Below, piece after piece: positions 38,301 through 49,391 of a DNA stretch of 64,000 nucleotides. The notes under the pieces are model-generated. The model was not told the origin of the DNA. It worked only from the letters and a program-made list of their open reading frames with translations, and did no database searches. Position 1 is the stretch's first letter. Each line of letters opens with the position of its first letter. Position numbers and translations under genes: made by a program. Source of the stretch: Macrostomum lignano (taxonomy: Eukaryota); the NCBI GenBank assembly GCA_002269645.1, contig NIVC01000040.1, forward strand, positions 868,001-932,000, written 5' to 3'.

Positions 38301-41300
38301 TGTCATGGCAACCGTCATCGGCATTGGAGAAGCCGGTAGACTCGGCAATTAATTGTTGAGCATATTGGCTGATAGCTTCGGCCGATACTGAGTCGAAATT
38401 GAGCTCGGGCTCGCGCAGAGCTGCCAGCAGCCGCTCGGAGCCACCGTCACCATGGCGACAGTACCGACCGAGTGCATCGTTGACGGCGCCGACCTGCGAC
38501 ACAGGGAGAGAGAATCGAAAAGAGAACCGGCGTTATTTGGTGATGTTGCGAGGTTATAGACTGAAGAAAGTGAATGGAAGCTTGAAGACTGAAGAACGCA
38601 ATTAGATTGCCCGAGCCCGAAGCGCCCAAGGATCACCTGAGACATCTGATAAAAAACCTAAAGCCAAACCTGCAACTGAAAGCCTAAGCAACAAAATTTA
38701 TATTCTAAGATTAAAGAGAATAGCCTGGAAATTAAACGCATTTGCCTAATGATCAAACGTACGACTCGTATTTGTCTGTAGATCAAGGGGATTTGCCTAA
38801 TGATCAAACGGAATAGTCTGTAGGTCAAACGGATTAGCCTAATGATCAAACGGATTAGTCTGTAGATAAAATGGATTTGCCTAACTATCGAACAGTTTAG
38901 TCTAATGATCAAAACGGATTAGCCTAAAGATCAAACGGATTTGCCTAACTATCGAACAGTTTAGTCTAATGATCAAAACGGATTAGCCTAAAGATCAAAC
39001 GGATTAGCCTAAAGATCAAACGGATTAGCCTAACTATCAAACAGTTTAGTCTAATGATCAAACGGATTTGCCTAACTATCGAACAGTTTAGTCTAATGAT
39101 CAAACGGATTAGCCTAAAGATCAAACGGATTAGCCTAAGTATCGAACGGATTAGTCTAATGATCAAAACGGATTAGCTTAATGATTAAACGGATTAGCCT
39201 AATAATCAATTGAATTAGTCTAATGATCAATCGGATTAGCCTAAAAATCAAATAGATTAGCCTAAAGATTAAACGGATTAGCCTAAAGAAGATCGAACAG
39301 ATCAGACTAAAAACCCTAAACCCATGCATAAGCCAATAGAAACCATAGTCAGACAAGCAGAGAGAGGACTAGCTGACAAGATGCATTACACACATATACA
39401 TCCGCACACTATACACAAACCTTGTTAACAATAAACACGAGCAGCTCGAGCTCCTCTCTAGTAAGATCGGCCCCCTTCTCCAGCCGAGCGGAGCGCAATT
39501 CGCTTCTGTACACGCGTCTACCACGCGGATCCTCCGACCAGAGCAGCGTCGGCAAACCGGCGGATCGACGCGACAATAGCGACGCCGTTAAATTGTCGGC
39601 CTCAACAGCGGCGTCTGTATCAACATCGTCAGCGGAAGGATTCAATAGGGACGCGTTGATAGCGTCAATGGATTGGATAGTTTCGCGTTCGCGTTCCCAG
39701 CTGCGGTTGCCCTTGACAACGCAGCTAGTCAGAGCGGCCATGTCCAACGATTTGGGGGCCGCTGGCGAGGCAGGCGATCGAGGCGATTGGGGAGGCTTAC
39801 CGTGATGCTGACGCTGCCGCTTGAATGCCTGTCGTATTGGGAAGTATTGGATACGCTTGCATTATATATTTAAATCTGAAATTATCAGACGATCTAAAGA
39901 ACTAAAAAAGGGCAGCCTGAAGAATCGATGGGGAAGCCTAAAAATCGATGGGACAGCCTGAAGAATCGGTGGAACATCCTGGAACATCCTGAAGAATCGG
40001 TAGAATAGCCTGAAGAATCGGTGGGGCAGCCTGAAGAATCGGTGGAACAGCCTGAAGAATCGGTGGAACATCCAGAAGAATCGGTGGAACAGCCTGAAGA
40101 ATCGGTGGAACAGCCTGAAGAATCGGTGGAACAGCCTGAAGAATCGGTGGGACAGCCTGAAGAATCGGTGGGGCAGCCTGAAGAATCGGTGGAACAGCCT
40201 GAAGAATCGGTGGGACAGCCTGAAGAATCGGTGGGGCAGCCTGAAGAATCGGTGGGACAGCCTGAAGAATCGGTAACAGCCTGAAGAATCGGTGGAACAG
40301 CCCGAAGAATCGGTGGAACAGCCTGAAGAATCGGTGGGGCAGCCTGAAGAATCGGTGGGACAGCCTGAAGAATCGGTGGGGCAGCCTGAAGAATCGGTGG
40401 AACAGCCTGAAGAATCGGTGGGGCAGCCTGAAGAATCGGTGGGGCAGCCTGAAGAATCGGTGGGGCAGCCTGAAGAATCGGTGGGACAGCCTGAAGAATC
40501 GGTAACAGCCTGAAGAATCGGTGGAACAGCCCGAAGAATCGGTGGAACAGCCTGAAGAATCGGTGGGGCAGCCTGAAGAATCGGTGGGACAGCCTGAAGA
40601 ATCGGTGGGGCAGCCTGAAGAATCGGTAACAGCCTGAAGAATCGGTGGGACAGCCTGAAGAATCGGTGGGACAGCCTGAAGAATCGGTGGGACAGCCTGA
40701 AGAATCGGTGGGGCAGCCTGAAGAATCGGTAACAGCCTGAAGAATCGGTGGAACAGCCTGAAGAATCGGTGGGGCAGCCTGAAGAATCGGTGGGACAGCC
40801 TGAAGAATCGGTGGGACAGCCTGAAGAATCGGTGGGGCAGCCTGAAGAATCGGTAGAACAGCCTGAAGAATCGGTGGGACAGCCTGAAGAATCGGTGGAA
40901 CAGCCTGAAGAATCGGTGGGGCAGCCTGAAGAATCGGTGGGGCAGCCTGAAGAATCGGTGGGACAGCCTGAAGAATCGGTGGGGCAGCCTGAAGAATCGG
41001 TGGGGCAGCCTGAAGAATCGGTGGAACAGCCCGAAGAATCGGTGGAACAGCCTGAAGAATCGGTGGGGCAGCCTGAAGAATCGGTGGGACAGCCTGAAGA
41101 ATCGGTGGGGCAGCCTGAAGAATCGGTGGAACAGCCTGAAGAATCGGTGGGGCAGCCTGAAGAATCGGTGGGACAGCCTGAAGAATCGGTGGGGCAGCCT
41201 GAAGAATCGGTGGAACAGCCTGAAGAATCGGTGGGACAGCCTGAAGAATCGGTGGGACAGCCTGAAGAATCGGTGGGGCAGCCTGAAGAATCGGTAACAG

Positions 41301-43007
41301 CCTGAAGAATCGGTGGAACAGCCTGAAGAATCGGTGGAACAGCCTGAAGAATCGGTGGGGCAGCCCGAAGAATCAGAGAGACAAAGAATTAATAATAAAA
41401 AGCACTGACCAGCAGAGCAGACAGGTAGTGCTGTGCGCCCTCAGCTCGCACGGGCAGTGCCGGGCACTGGGTAACCAACAGGTGTAACAGTCGGTCCGCC
41501 TGGCCTCGCTGAACGGCCTCTTCGATGGCTTTGAAGTCGACCTGGGAGACGTTGCTATCCGATGGCATGTTCTCTTTGTTCTCTTCACCAAGGATGTCAT
41601 CGCCAATGCTGCGGAATTTGCTCATCTGGAGCAGCGGGTTTTATTGGAGAACGTTTATAAGGTTTATAAGGAGAAGCTCATACAAAATTATTGAGTCATA
41701 TAAGCATTGCCATTGAGTCATAACGCAATCATTGAGGTAGAGTCATACAGCAATGATTGAGGTTGAGTCATACAGCAATCATTGAGGTTGAGTCATACAG
41801 CAATCATTGAGCTTGAGTCATACAGCAATCATTGAGGTTGAGTCATACAGCAGTAATTTTTTGGTAGGGTCATACAGTATTCACTGAGTCATACAGAAAT
41901 CATGGTCATTGGGTCATACAGCATCTATTGAGTCACACAGCATCCATTGAGTCACACAAAAATCATGGTCATTGGGTCATACAGCATCTATTGAGTCACA
42001 CAAAAATCATGGTCATTGGGTCATACAGCATCTATTGAGTCACACAAAAATCATGGTCATTGGGTCATACAGCATCTATTGAGTCACACAAAAATCATGG
42101 TCATTGGGTCATACAGCATCTATTGAGTCACACGAAAATCATGGTCATTGGGTCATACAGCATCCATTGAGTCACACAAAAATCATGGTCATTGGGTCAT
42201 ACAGCATCCATTGAGTCACACAAAAATCATGGTCATTGGGTCATACAGCATCCATTGAGTCACACAAAAATCATGGTCATTGGGTCATACAGCATCTATC
42301 GAGTCATACAGAAACCATGGTAATTCGGTCATAACTCAATCATTGGCTTGCTGTCACTGGGTCAAACAGCAATAATTACAAACTATTATAACCCTCACCT
42401 GATCCGCATTGATACTCTTAGTCACGGCGCTCAACTCAGCCTCAGTAAAGGTGACTTTCCCATACAGATCTTCAATTCGAGCTGCTCGACCGCTTCTAAA
42501 CAGAAAAGCGCCCAAAGCGTGCAAGCAATAAACCAGCTTAGGCATATTTCTTCCATCGTAAATATCCGTAGTCTCAGGCCAATAATTCCTTGGCAATCCA
42601 ATATGCTGCAGAGCCTTTAGAAAATGATTAATATTATCGGTATGCCGGAAGTCCAGTCCTCTAGCTAGAAACCGGTCCTGACGCGGATCGAATATAGATT
42701 TTATAGGCACTAGGCGAGGCGCGAACGCGTTAGCCAGCTTAGCTAATGCTACGCCATTCTGCAGACAGGCTTCCAGCTGTTCGCCAGCTGGCGGCAGGCT
42801 CTCCCTGATGCAGGCCTCTAGCCAGACTCGGGCCTCCTCTAGCCGGCACAGATACTGATAAGCCAGCTGAGATCGGCGCCGTTCGTCCATCTCTTCGGCT
42901 GATAGGCGAACGCCTGCGGAAGACAGTTCGTTAGCTAACTGGGCGGTGGCATTAGCATTAGCCGTGGCCATTGCCTGAGTAGCAGCCGATGCTTTTGGCG
43001 TGTCCAT
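26352..43007 (-). CDS. IQGAP: IQ motif-containing GTPase-activating-like protein, complete, 1671 aa
   Basis: 12 GT-AG exons with consistent phases: 43007-42399, 41625-41410, 39828-39421, 38493-37666, 35857-35408, 34982-34576, 33904-33601, 31629-31480, 30983-30753, 30076-29732, 28702-28041, 26757-26352 (5016 nt). CH domain (LAYQYLCRLEEARVWLEAC..FRHTDNIN), IQGAP repeats, degenerate WW, IQ motifs (LQAAMRGFLVRR, IQAWWRGCRVR), GRD (LLQTQPVYL), and RasGAP_C/RGCT ending VNVNLLLHLINKKFYTK. Confidence 0.95.
26868..28035. repeat. (GAGT/GAAT)n microsatellite, IQGAP intron 11
   Basis: Read directly; contains repeated ~130-bp interrupted blocks. Confidence 0.95.
28765..29712. repeat. 22-bp minisatellite, IQGAP intron 10
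   Basis: Unit CTACCTGTCAGCTGTGAACAGA. Confidence 0.95.
30170..30690. repeat. Degenerate ~23-bp repeat, IQGAP intron 9
   Basis: GAGTGAGACAGGGGTGAGATTAA-like units. Confidence 0.8.
31020..31455. repeat. 25-bp minisatellite, IQGAP intron 8
   Basis: Unit GGGGAGGGTAAATGGCGATTCTCAT. Confidence 0.9.
31655..33570. repeat. 42-bp minisatellite, IQGAP intron 7, about 45 copies
   Basis: Unit GTAAGTAGCTGATTATTAAGTGAATATTCTAGCTACACTACT. Confidence 0.95.
34138..34204 (-). mobile_element. tRNA-derived SINE head in IQGAP intron 6
   Basis: A box TAGCCTAGTGG (34195-34185) and B box GGTTCGATTCC (34159-34149). The anticodon arm is missing, so it is not a tRNA gene. Confidence 0.6.
34205..34555. repeat. 38-bp minisatellite with a CACGTG E-box in each unit, IQGAP intron 6
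   Basis: CACGTG at 34244, 34282, 34320, 34358, 34396, 34434, 34472, 34511 and 34548. Confidence 0.95.
35010..35335. repeat. Degenerate ~150-bp tandem duplication, IQGAP intron 5
   Basis: TTTCGATACATATCGGCTA-like motif near 35015, 35167 and 35310; AAAAATCTATCRTACTACT near 35072 and 35221. Confidence 0.6.
35975..37590. repeat. 32/34-bp minisatellite, IQGAP intron 4
   Basis: Unit CCGATACTTCAGGAACCGCTCCTACAACCCC(TC)A. Confidence 0.95.
38730..39300. repeat. Degenerate 21/22-bp repeat, IQGAP intron 3
   Basis: GATTAGCCTAATGATCAAACG-like units. Confidence 0.9.
39905..41370. repeat. 21-bp minisatellite, IQGAP intron 2
   Basis: Unit CAGCCTGAAGAATCGGTGGRR, about 68 copies. Confidence 0.95.
41700..42330. 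repeat. 25-bp and 44-bp related minisatellites, IQGAP intron 1
   Basis: GAGTCATACAGCAATCATTGAGGTT followed by TCATGGTCATTGGGTCATACAGCATCTATTGAGTCACACAAAAA. Confidence 0.9.
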
Positions 43008-43141
43008 CAGTTATTAATTTGCAATTTATCTTTTTTGTTTCAATAATAAATTAATTGGGGTGGACAAGCTCATGAATCGATTTTGTTAGCAGAGGTAGTT
43101 AGTTTATTACAGTGCAATATGCTACCCGAATGAGCATGCAC

Positions 43142-43500
43142 GAGGTTGCAGCCTAGTGGTCAGAGCATCGGACTCGTGACTTGAAGGTCGGGGGTTCGAT
43201 TCCAGATCCCGCTGGAAAAAAATTGTCCTTGAGCAAGACGCTCAACTCTGCATTGCTTCAGTTCACCCAGCTGTAAAATTGGCACCAGGATTAGCTGGGG
43301 TACTTGGACTGAACTTAACAGCTACATACAGCCATCAGATGTGCGACACAATAACTGTAGTAGATCTACATGCAAGCATACACTTCACTAGAATGTCAAC
43401 TATTCTAATCATGATTCTAAAAAGTAAATCAAACTTGATTGTGACATTGGCTTTGCAAACTGATTTTGTATATTTTGGTTGGATACATTGAATCATTGAA
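43142..43500 (+). mobile_element. tRNA-derived SINE with a CORE-like central domain
   Basis: A box near 43149-43159 and B box GGTTCGATTCC at 43193-43203. These are followed by GTCCTTGAGCAAGACGCTCAAC..TTCAGTTCACCCAGCTGTAAAATTGG, resembling the MIR/CORE-SINE core. The 3' boundary is approximate. Confidence 0.65.
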
Positions 43501-43799
43501 TATATTTTTTATTGTTTGATCTATTTAGGCCAGGGCTAGGGTTTAGCTAACTTTGGCCTCTATATCAAGCTTTTCGGATTTTTTAAGCTTCACAATAGCA
43601 ATCCAGCCTAGTTAAGCTTTGTTGTTTCTTCTTAGTTCTTTTCTCTCCAATCTGCTTTCTTTTTGCTCTCATATGCTTTTAGCTCTCCCTTCTTTCCTCT
43701 TCTCTTCCTTCCTTCTTCTCTTTTCTATGTAATATTTTTCCTTGTCTTCTTTTTTCTCCTTTATTCCTTTGCTTCCTTTCTCTCTGCCTTTTCTCCTTT

Positions 43800-43860
43800 T
43801 CACTGGCCCCTAGTCAAATGCAAATCTGGCCTATAAGATAAAAAAGTTTGCCAACCTTTG
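43800..43860. mobile_element. Decayed hAT-Charlie terminus
   Basis: Reverse complement CAAAGGTTGGCAAACTTTTT..GGCCAGAT resembles the CAGGGGTCGGCAAAC terminus. Confidence 0.4.
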
Positions 43861-45359
43861 ATTTAAACCAACATGCAAGTCAACAACAACAAAGTCTATA
43901 TTAGATATTTGAAATAATGACTATTAAAATCTTGTTACAACATTGGCTGATTTAGTTTGAATGATCTTTCAAAGATAGCACATAGTAAAAAAATTAATTC
44001 TATATAATAAAAAGTATTTTTAAAAAGGTATTTAATTTATTAGTTGATAATACTTTATTCTTGATTTAAAATATGCAGCTATCTAATAGCTTTGTATCTA
44101 AAAAAGGCTTTAAAGTTGAAGAATAATAATCCTGTTTTTATTGGGGGTCTAGAAAAAAATTATTAAGCTTAGGCCTTAGATGAATTAGAAAGCTTGGTAA
44201 TGCAATAAAAAATAGACAAATAGCCTGACAATATCAATCTAGCTTGGTGAAAAACAAAAAGCAATCTAACACTTTAATGATTAGGGCCTATTGGCAAACA
44301 AATTGGATTTCATTTCAAGATGGTATATATGAAAAAGATAGAAAAATTCCTTTGTTATTTTGTTTTTCTAGAAAAACCTAAAAGAAACAAGGTCTACTAT
44401 TTTTCAAATATTATATAGTAGGCCTAGGCCCTAGGGCTAGGCCTATATCTCACATTGTATATTATCATTTTATAAAGATTTAATCTTTCAACATAATAAT
44501 TAAGCTTTGTATATTCCTATGTCAATCTAATTTTCTGAATCATTAATGCCAATAATAGAATTTAATATTACTTGAATAATAGTAACCATTTTGTAATAGT
44601 AATAGCCACTTTTAATAATAACCAATGGCAATAGGTATCTGAAAAAACTAGCTTAGGCCTAGCCTTAGGTAGGCTTAAAATGAAAATGGAGATTGCAAAA
44701 AAATATTCTAGTTATTTTTCCACAGCCAATGTTTTTTATAGTATGCTAAATATAATTTAATATATTGTAATATTTAATAAATAAATAAAATAGCTTTTGA
44801 AAAGGAGCCATAGCCCATAGTTTGGAAGATGACATTTATAGATCTATATATGGCAGCCATTATTTGCATGGTACCATGTAAATATTGATATTTAAAATAT
44901 TATTTTTTATACAGTAACTAGAAATATACTTTATAAATAGTTATCTTATCAAAGACTGCTAAATATTTGTTGCTATATCTCTTATTTTCATAATGATTTT
45001 AAACTAACTAAAGTGAGTAGATAGAATTTAGGTGTGATTTATATATGTTTATAGCCTAGCATTTTTTATTAGCTTATAGTATTAGTACTATAATTAATAC
45101 AGAGTATTGAAGGATGTTTCAAAATAAACAAATGAGAATATGACATTTGCCTTCAAAAAGATATTTGTGGTCAAATGTAACTGGAAAATAACTATAAGTA
45201 CTATACAATAGATAAAAGATAATAAAACTAGTCTTTATTTTTGTTACTGTGTAAATAACAATATTCCTAAAGGGTCCTAAAGTGTCCTAAAGGGTTAAAA
45301 GTTGGACCAAAAGTAAATTTCGTGTTAATTTCGGTCCAAAATCGAACCAATAGCTTGCA

Positions 45360-45745
45360 AAATGTTGGCGTTGCGTCCCAGCGGGATTTAATCCGGTATT
45401 TGATCCAGTTAGATCCGTCTCAAACAGTGGAGAAACGAGTGGAAGAAATACCAGATTAATTTCCAGACAAAAAAACTACTCTTGTCCAGGGGTCATCCAA
45501 ATTATGCTCCAGGTTTTGTCCAATTTTTGTTAGAAAATTGACCGGATAAATTTCCAGGTGAAAAACTGGACGAAAGACGTTTGCAAAAAACTTTTTATCC
45601 GGTTTTGGTCCGGAGGATCCTCTGAATTTTGATCCGGACTGTACAACCGGATAAAATCCAGATGAAATTTAGATTGATCTAAAACTGGACATTTCCGGAC
45701 CAAATCCGGACAAAAACTGGGTGTTTGGGCCAGGCGGGGAAGGCC
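45360..45745. repeat. Unclassified CpG-rich repeat island with many TCCGG/TCCAG motifs, likely a transposon fragment
   Basis: GC-rich patch in an AT-rich background with recurrent ATCCGG/CCGGAT. No convincing TIR or TSD. Confidence 0.35.
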
Positions 45746-47214
45746 TGCTATTTATATGGTAATGTGCAAATAATGATTTGCCTATATCTATACACCAAGA
45801 CAAACCAAGCATTTAGTAAGGCCAAGGGTAGGCCTACTTGCCATTTTAGCATATATATGAGGTCTTATACTTTTTTATCTCACCAGACCTAGCATATGCT
45901 AATACATGATCCAAATCCAAACTATAGAAAGGGAGCAATGTGTTTTAATAGCTTGGGAGATATCCAAAAATGCTAAAATCAGCTTTTTAGATAGAGAAGT
46001 ATGAAAACAATATCTAGTAAAATGTAGAATCTGTAGCAGAAACAGAAAAGAATAGCACAACAACATGCATAATCCACAGTAGAATGGTAAATTGCAGAAT
46101 CAACTGCAAAATCTACTAGCTTGAAATAAAATACAAATAGCAAATATAATATAGGAATCAAAATTTATCATTTTAAAGCTTTAAAGCTTTAGAGCATTTT
46201 AAAGCTATGTCTATAGCAGTGTAACCATATGAAAAGATATATAGACCTAAGAAATTTTAGTATGATTCTATATAAGACAAACTGAACTAGAAATAGCAAT
46301 ATCTATTAGGCCTAGGTCTACTCAAAATAGTAAATATAGGTTCTCTTGTGAATAATAATAATATGGCTAATACTGAAGTGTTAAATTTTAAAGGCTTTAT
46401 AGTTATAAGATGTGGAAAATGTGGAATTGGAATGGAATAGCTCAGTAAAAAGCATAATCTATAGCAAAATGGTAAAATGCAGAATGAACTATGGATTCCA
46501 CTAACTTAAAGTAAAATGCGAATGCAGGGTAGCTAAAGTGCAGTATGAATTAGGCCTATATATATAATCTTAGGCAATGCTTATCCCTAAGGTACCATAG
46601 GAATAATTTCTGTCTTATTCCAATGGTACTATGGGATTAATTTTCTGCTTATCCACATAGCACACTGATGACTTGCTGCTCTTTTCTTCTATATATATGC
46701 CTCACAGAATAATTTAGTTTGTAATTTCTGTAATTTCTGTCTTATTCCAATGGTACTATGGGATTAATTTTCTGCTTATCCACATAGCACACTGATGACT
46801 TGCTGCTCCTTTCTTCTATATATATGCCTCACAGAATAATTTAGTTTGTAATTTCTGTCTTATTCCAATGGTACTATGGGATTAATTTTCTGCTTATCCA
46901 CATAGCACACTGATGAGTTGCTGCTCCTATCTTCTATACATAGGTTCTTGGACACTTTGTCATCTAACCACTTCATCATCTTGATGACGAAGTGACCATG
47001 GTTTTTGGGTGCTTTGTCATCTCAAATTTTTTTAGTAAATCTAGATGACGAAGTGACTAAATTTTGAGGACACTTTGTCATCCCAAGATTTAGCAATGCT
47101 ATTGCTATAAATTGATATTTGATTGTTATTGTTATAAATTGTTACTCAATCAATTTAGTCTATAAAATATAGGATTAAATATGAGGGGCATTCAATAAGT
47201 TTCTGGACCATAAG

Positions 47215-48171
47215 TAGGGATTCCAATCCCGGGATCCCGGGATCCCGGGATCCCGGGATCCCGGGATCCCGGGATTGGGGCCAAAAATCTGGGATTTGAA
47301 TCCCGGGATTTTTTTGGGAATCGAATCCCGGGATTTTTAATCCCGGGATTGCAAAAGACCGGGATCGGGATCCCGGGATTTCAAGGCCTTAATCCCGGGA
47401 TTGGTCCGGGATTAGAACGACCTTTCAATGCCTAAATTAGATAATTTAAAGTCTAAACGTTTATTTGAATAATAAAACATTTATTTGTTTTTGCTGTTTC
47501 TCAATGAAACGTTAAACATTTGCAAAGCTCCTGTCCTAATTGAGCTAAAAATTGTTAATGTGAACTGTAAATTATAGATAATTTTAACTTTTTTTTCGTT
47601 TTCTACCACGAGACGAGACTGAGGGCCTTTTCATATTGCTTGCTCTGGTTCCAGAACAAGAACCAATTTGTGAAGTATAAACTTTTTGTCTCCATAACTA
47701 GAGGGAGATACGTGCTATAAAGTTTTTATAATTGAATGACAGTCGCCAAGAAGAAAGTGAAAAATTGTGCTAAGTGAGGCTGTTAAGGCAGTCAAATATT
47801 AACAGAGTTTAATAGTTATACTGCTGTTTTTCTTGGAATTCCGAACCGATTCTGGTTCTGGAATTGGTAATATGAAAAGGCCCTGAGACTCTGAGAGTCG
47901 CGAGACCATGACTACTGCACGCGGCACGCCGCACAGTCCGTCTAGCAATTTAGGGATTCCAATCCCGGGATCCCGGGATCCCGGGATTGGGGCCAAAAAT
48001 CCGGGATTTGAATCCCGGGATTTTTTTGGGAATCGAATCCCGGGATTTTTAATCCCGGGATTGCAAAAGCACCGGGATTCCGGGATTTTGAATCCCGGGA
48101 TTTCAACAGCATCGGGATTTCGGGACTATTCAATCCCGGGATTGTAAAATGTCGGGATTTTGGAATCCCTA
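47215..48171. mobile_element. Young non-autonomous hAT element inserted at the edge of the mariner left TIR
   Basis: TIR TAGGGATTCC / GGAATCCCTA. Perfect 8-bp TSD ACCATAAG (47207-14, 48172-79). ATCCCGGG subterminal arrays. Confidence 0.92.
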
Positions 48172-48330
48172 ACCATAAGAGCCAGCGCACTCTAGGCTGC
48201 TCAAAATGTACTCACATGAAAAATGTACATCTCCTGAGATTTGACATAAAATATAAAGGGTACACAACAAACCTGAATCTCACAACTTCACTTCAAATTC
48301 ACCTATCACCTCCAACTTCAAGTATCTATT

Positions 48331-49391
48331 ATAGAACTATCATGCATCCACTGGAGAGTGATGATTTTTTACAATTACAAATGTGGTCTGAACCAGTCCC
48401 AAAGCTTAGAACAGCTTTGCCTAGCCTTTGGAGATACTGCACCCTTGAGAACAACCATCTTTGACTAGTTTGCGGAATTTTGTCGGGGCCAAGTGTTGCT
48501 CAAAGATGAGGCTCGCGAAGGATGACCCCCCGAGTTTGACCATTCAAGAAGCAGTGGCTGCAGTGCAGGCCCTGGTTGAGGAAGACCTGCAATTGATAGT
48601 GCAACAGCTAGCCACTGCTGTGGGCATTTCATTGGGAAGCACCTCAACCATCCTACATGAAAGGCTTGGCCTCAGCAAGGTGTCCGCATGCTAGATGCCT
48701 CATCACCTGACCCAAGAGCAAAAACAGGCCCGGATCGATTGGTGCCATTTAATGCTCAAAACATTCGACGATGGAAGATCAACAAGCTCCTAGGACATCG
48801 TCAGTGGTGATGAAACCTAGGTGTACTGTTTTGACCCGGAGAGCAAGTAGCAGTCGGCCCAGTGGACCCCCATTGGCAGCCCGCCACCTTCAAAGCTGGT
48901 GCCGTCGCGAAGCGTCGCCAAGTAGATGGTGGCTGTTTTTGTGGCTTGCAGTGGTCCCATAGCCATGATTCCGCTGGCAACACAGCGGATAGTGACTGCA
49001 GGCTATTATGTAACCGACTGTATGCCCCAGGTGCTGCAATCCATCACTGAAAAGCACCCAAGGACTCGCCATTGCGGGTTGCTACTCCATTAGGACAATA
49101 CCCTGGCTCACACTGCAACTAACTGTAGAGTTCATGGAGCAGAATCGCGTCCAACTGCTTCAGCACCCACCCTACAGCCCCAACTTGGCACCATGTGACT
49201 TCTTTGTGTTCCCACAATTCAAGCGCCTGCTTAAGGGAGTCCAATTTGCATTGCCAGAACAGGCTGTCGAGGCCTTCCAAAGTCACCTATTTGACATCCC
49301 TCAGTCAGAGTGGGCTGGCTGCTTTGCTACTTGGTTTGAAAGGATGAGAAAGTGCAATGAAGCTGCTAGAGAATACTTCAAAAAGGCCTGA
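48331..49391 (+). pseudogene. Mariner transposase pseudogene
   Basis: WRVMIFYNY..AFGDTAP; *MPHHL (WVPHxL); IVSGDET*; LH*DNT.AH; HPPYSPNLAPCDF. Start ATG mutated to ATA, 8 in-frame stops, 2 frameshifts. Confidence 0.92.

Noticed and set aside
35997-41305. ORFs with TDTSGTAP and QPEESVG repeats on +
   Set aside because: They lie in IQGAP introns on the antisense strand and are minisatellite translations.
43142-43215. Functional tRNA gene
   Set aside because: The acceptor and anticodon stems pair poorly and the sequence runs into a SINE core; the same applies to 34138-34204.
48466-49093. Dcm-like CCWGG specificity, or stop-codon readthrough, as the explanation of the mariner TAG stops
   Set aside because: Only 2 of the 7 sites are CCTGG. 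The ORF also has frameshifts and a lost ATG, so it is a pseudogene rather than a recoded gene.
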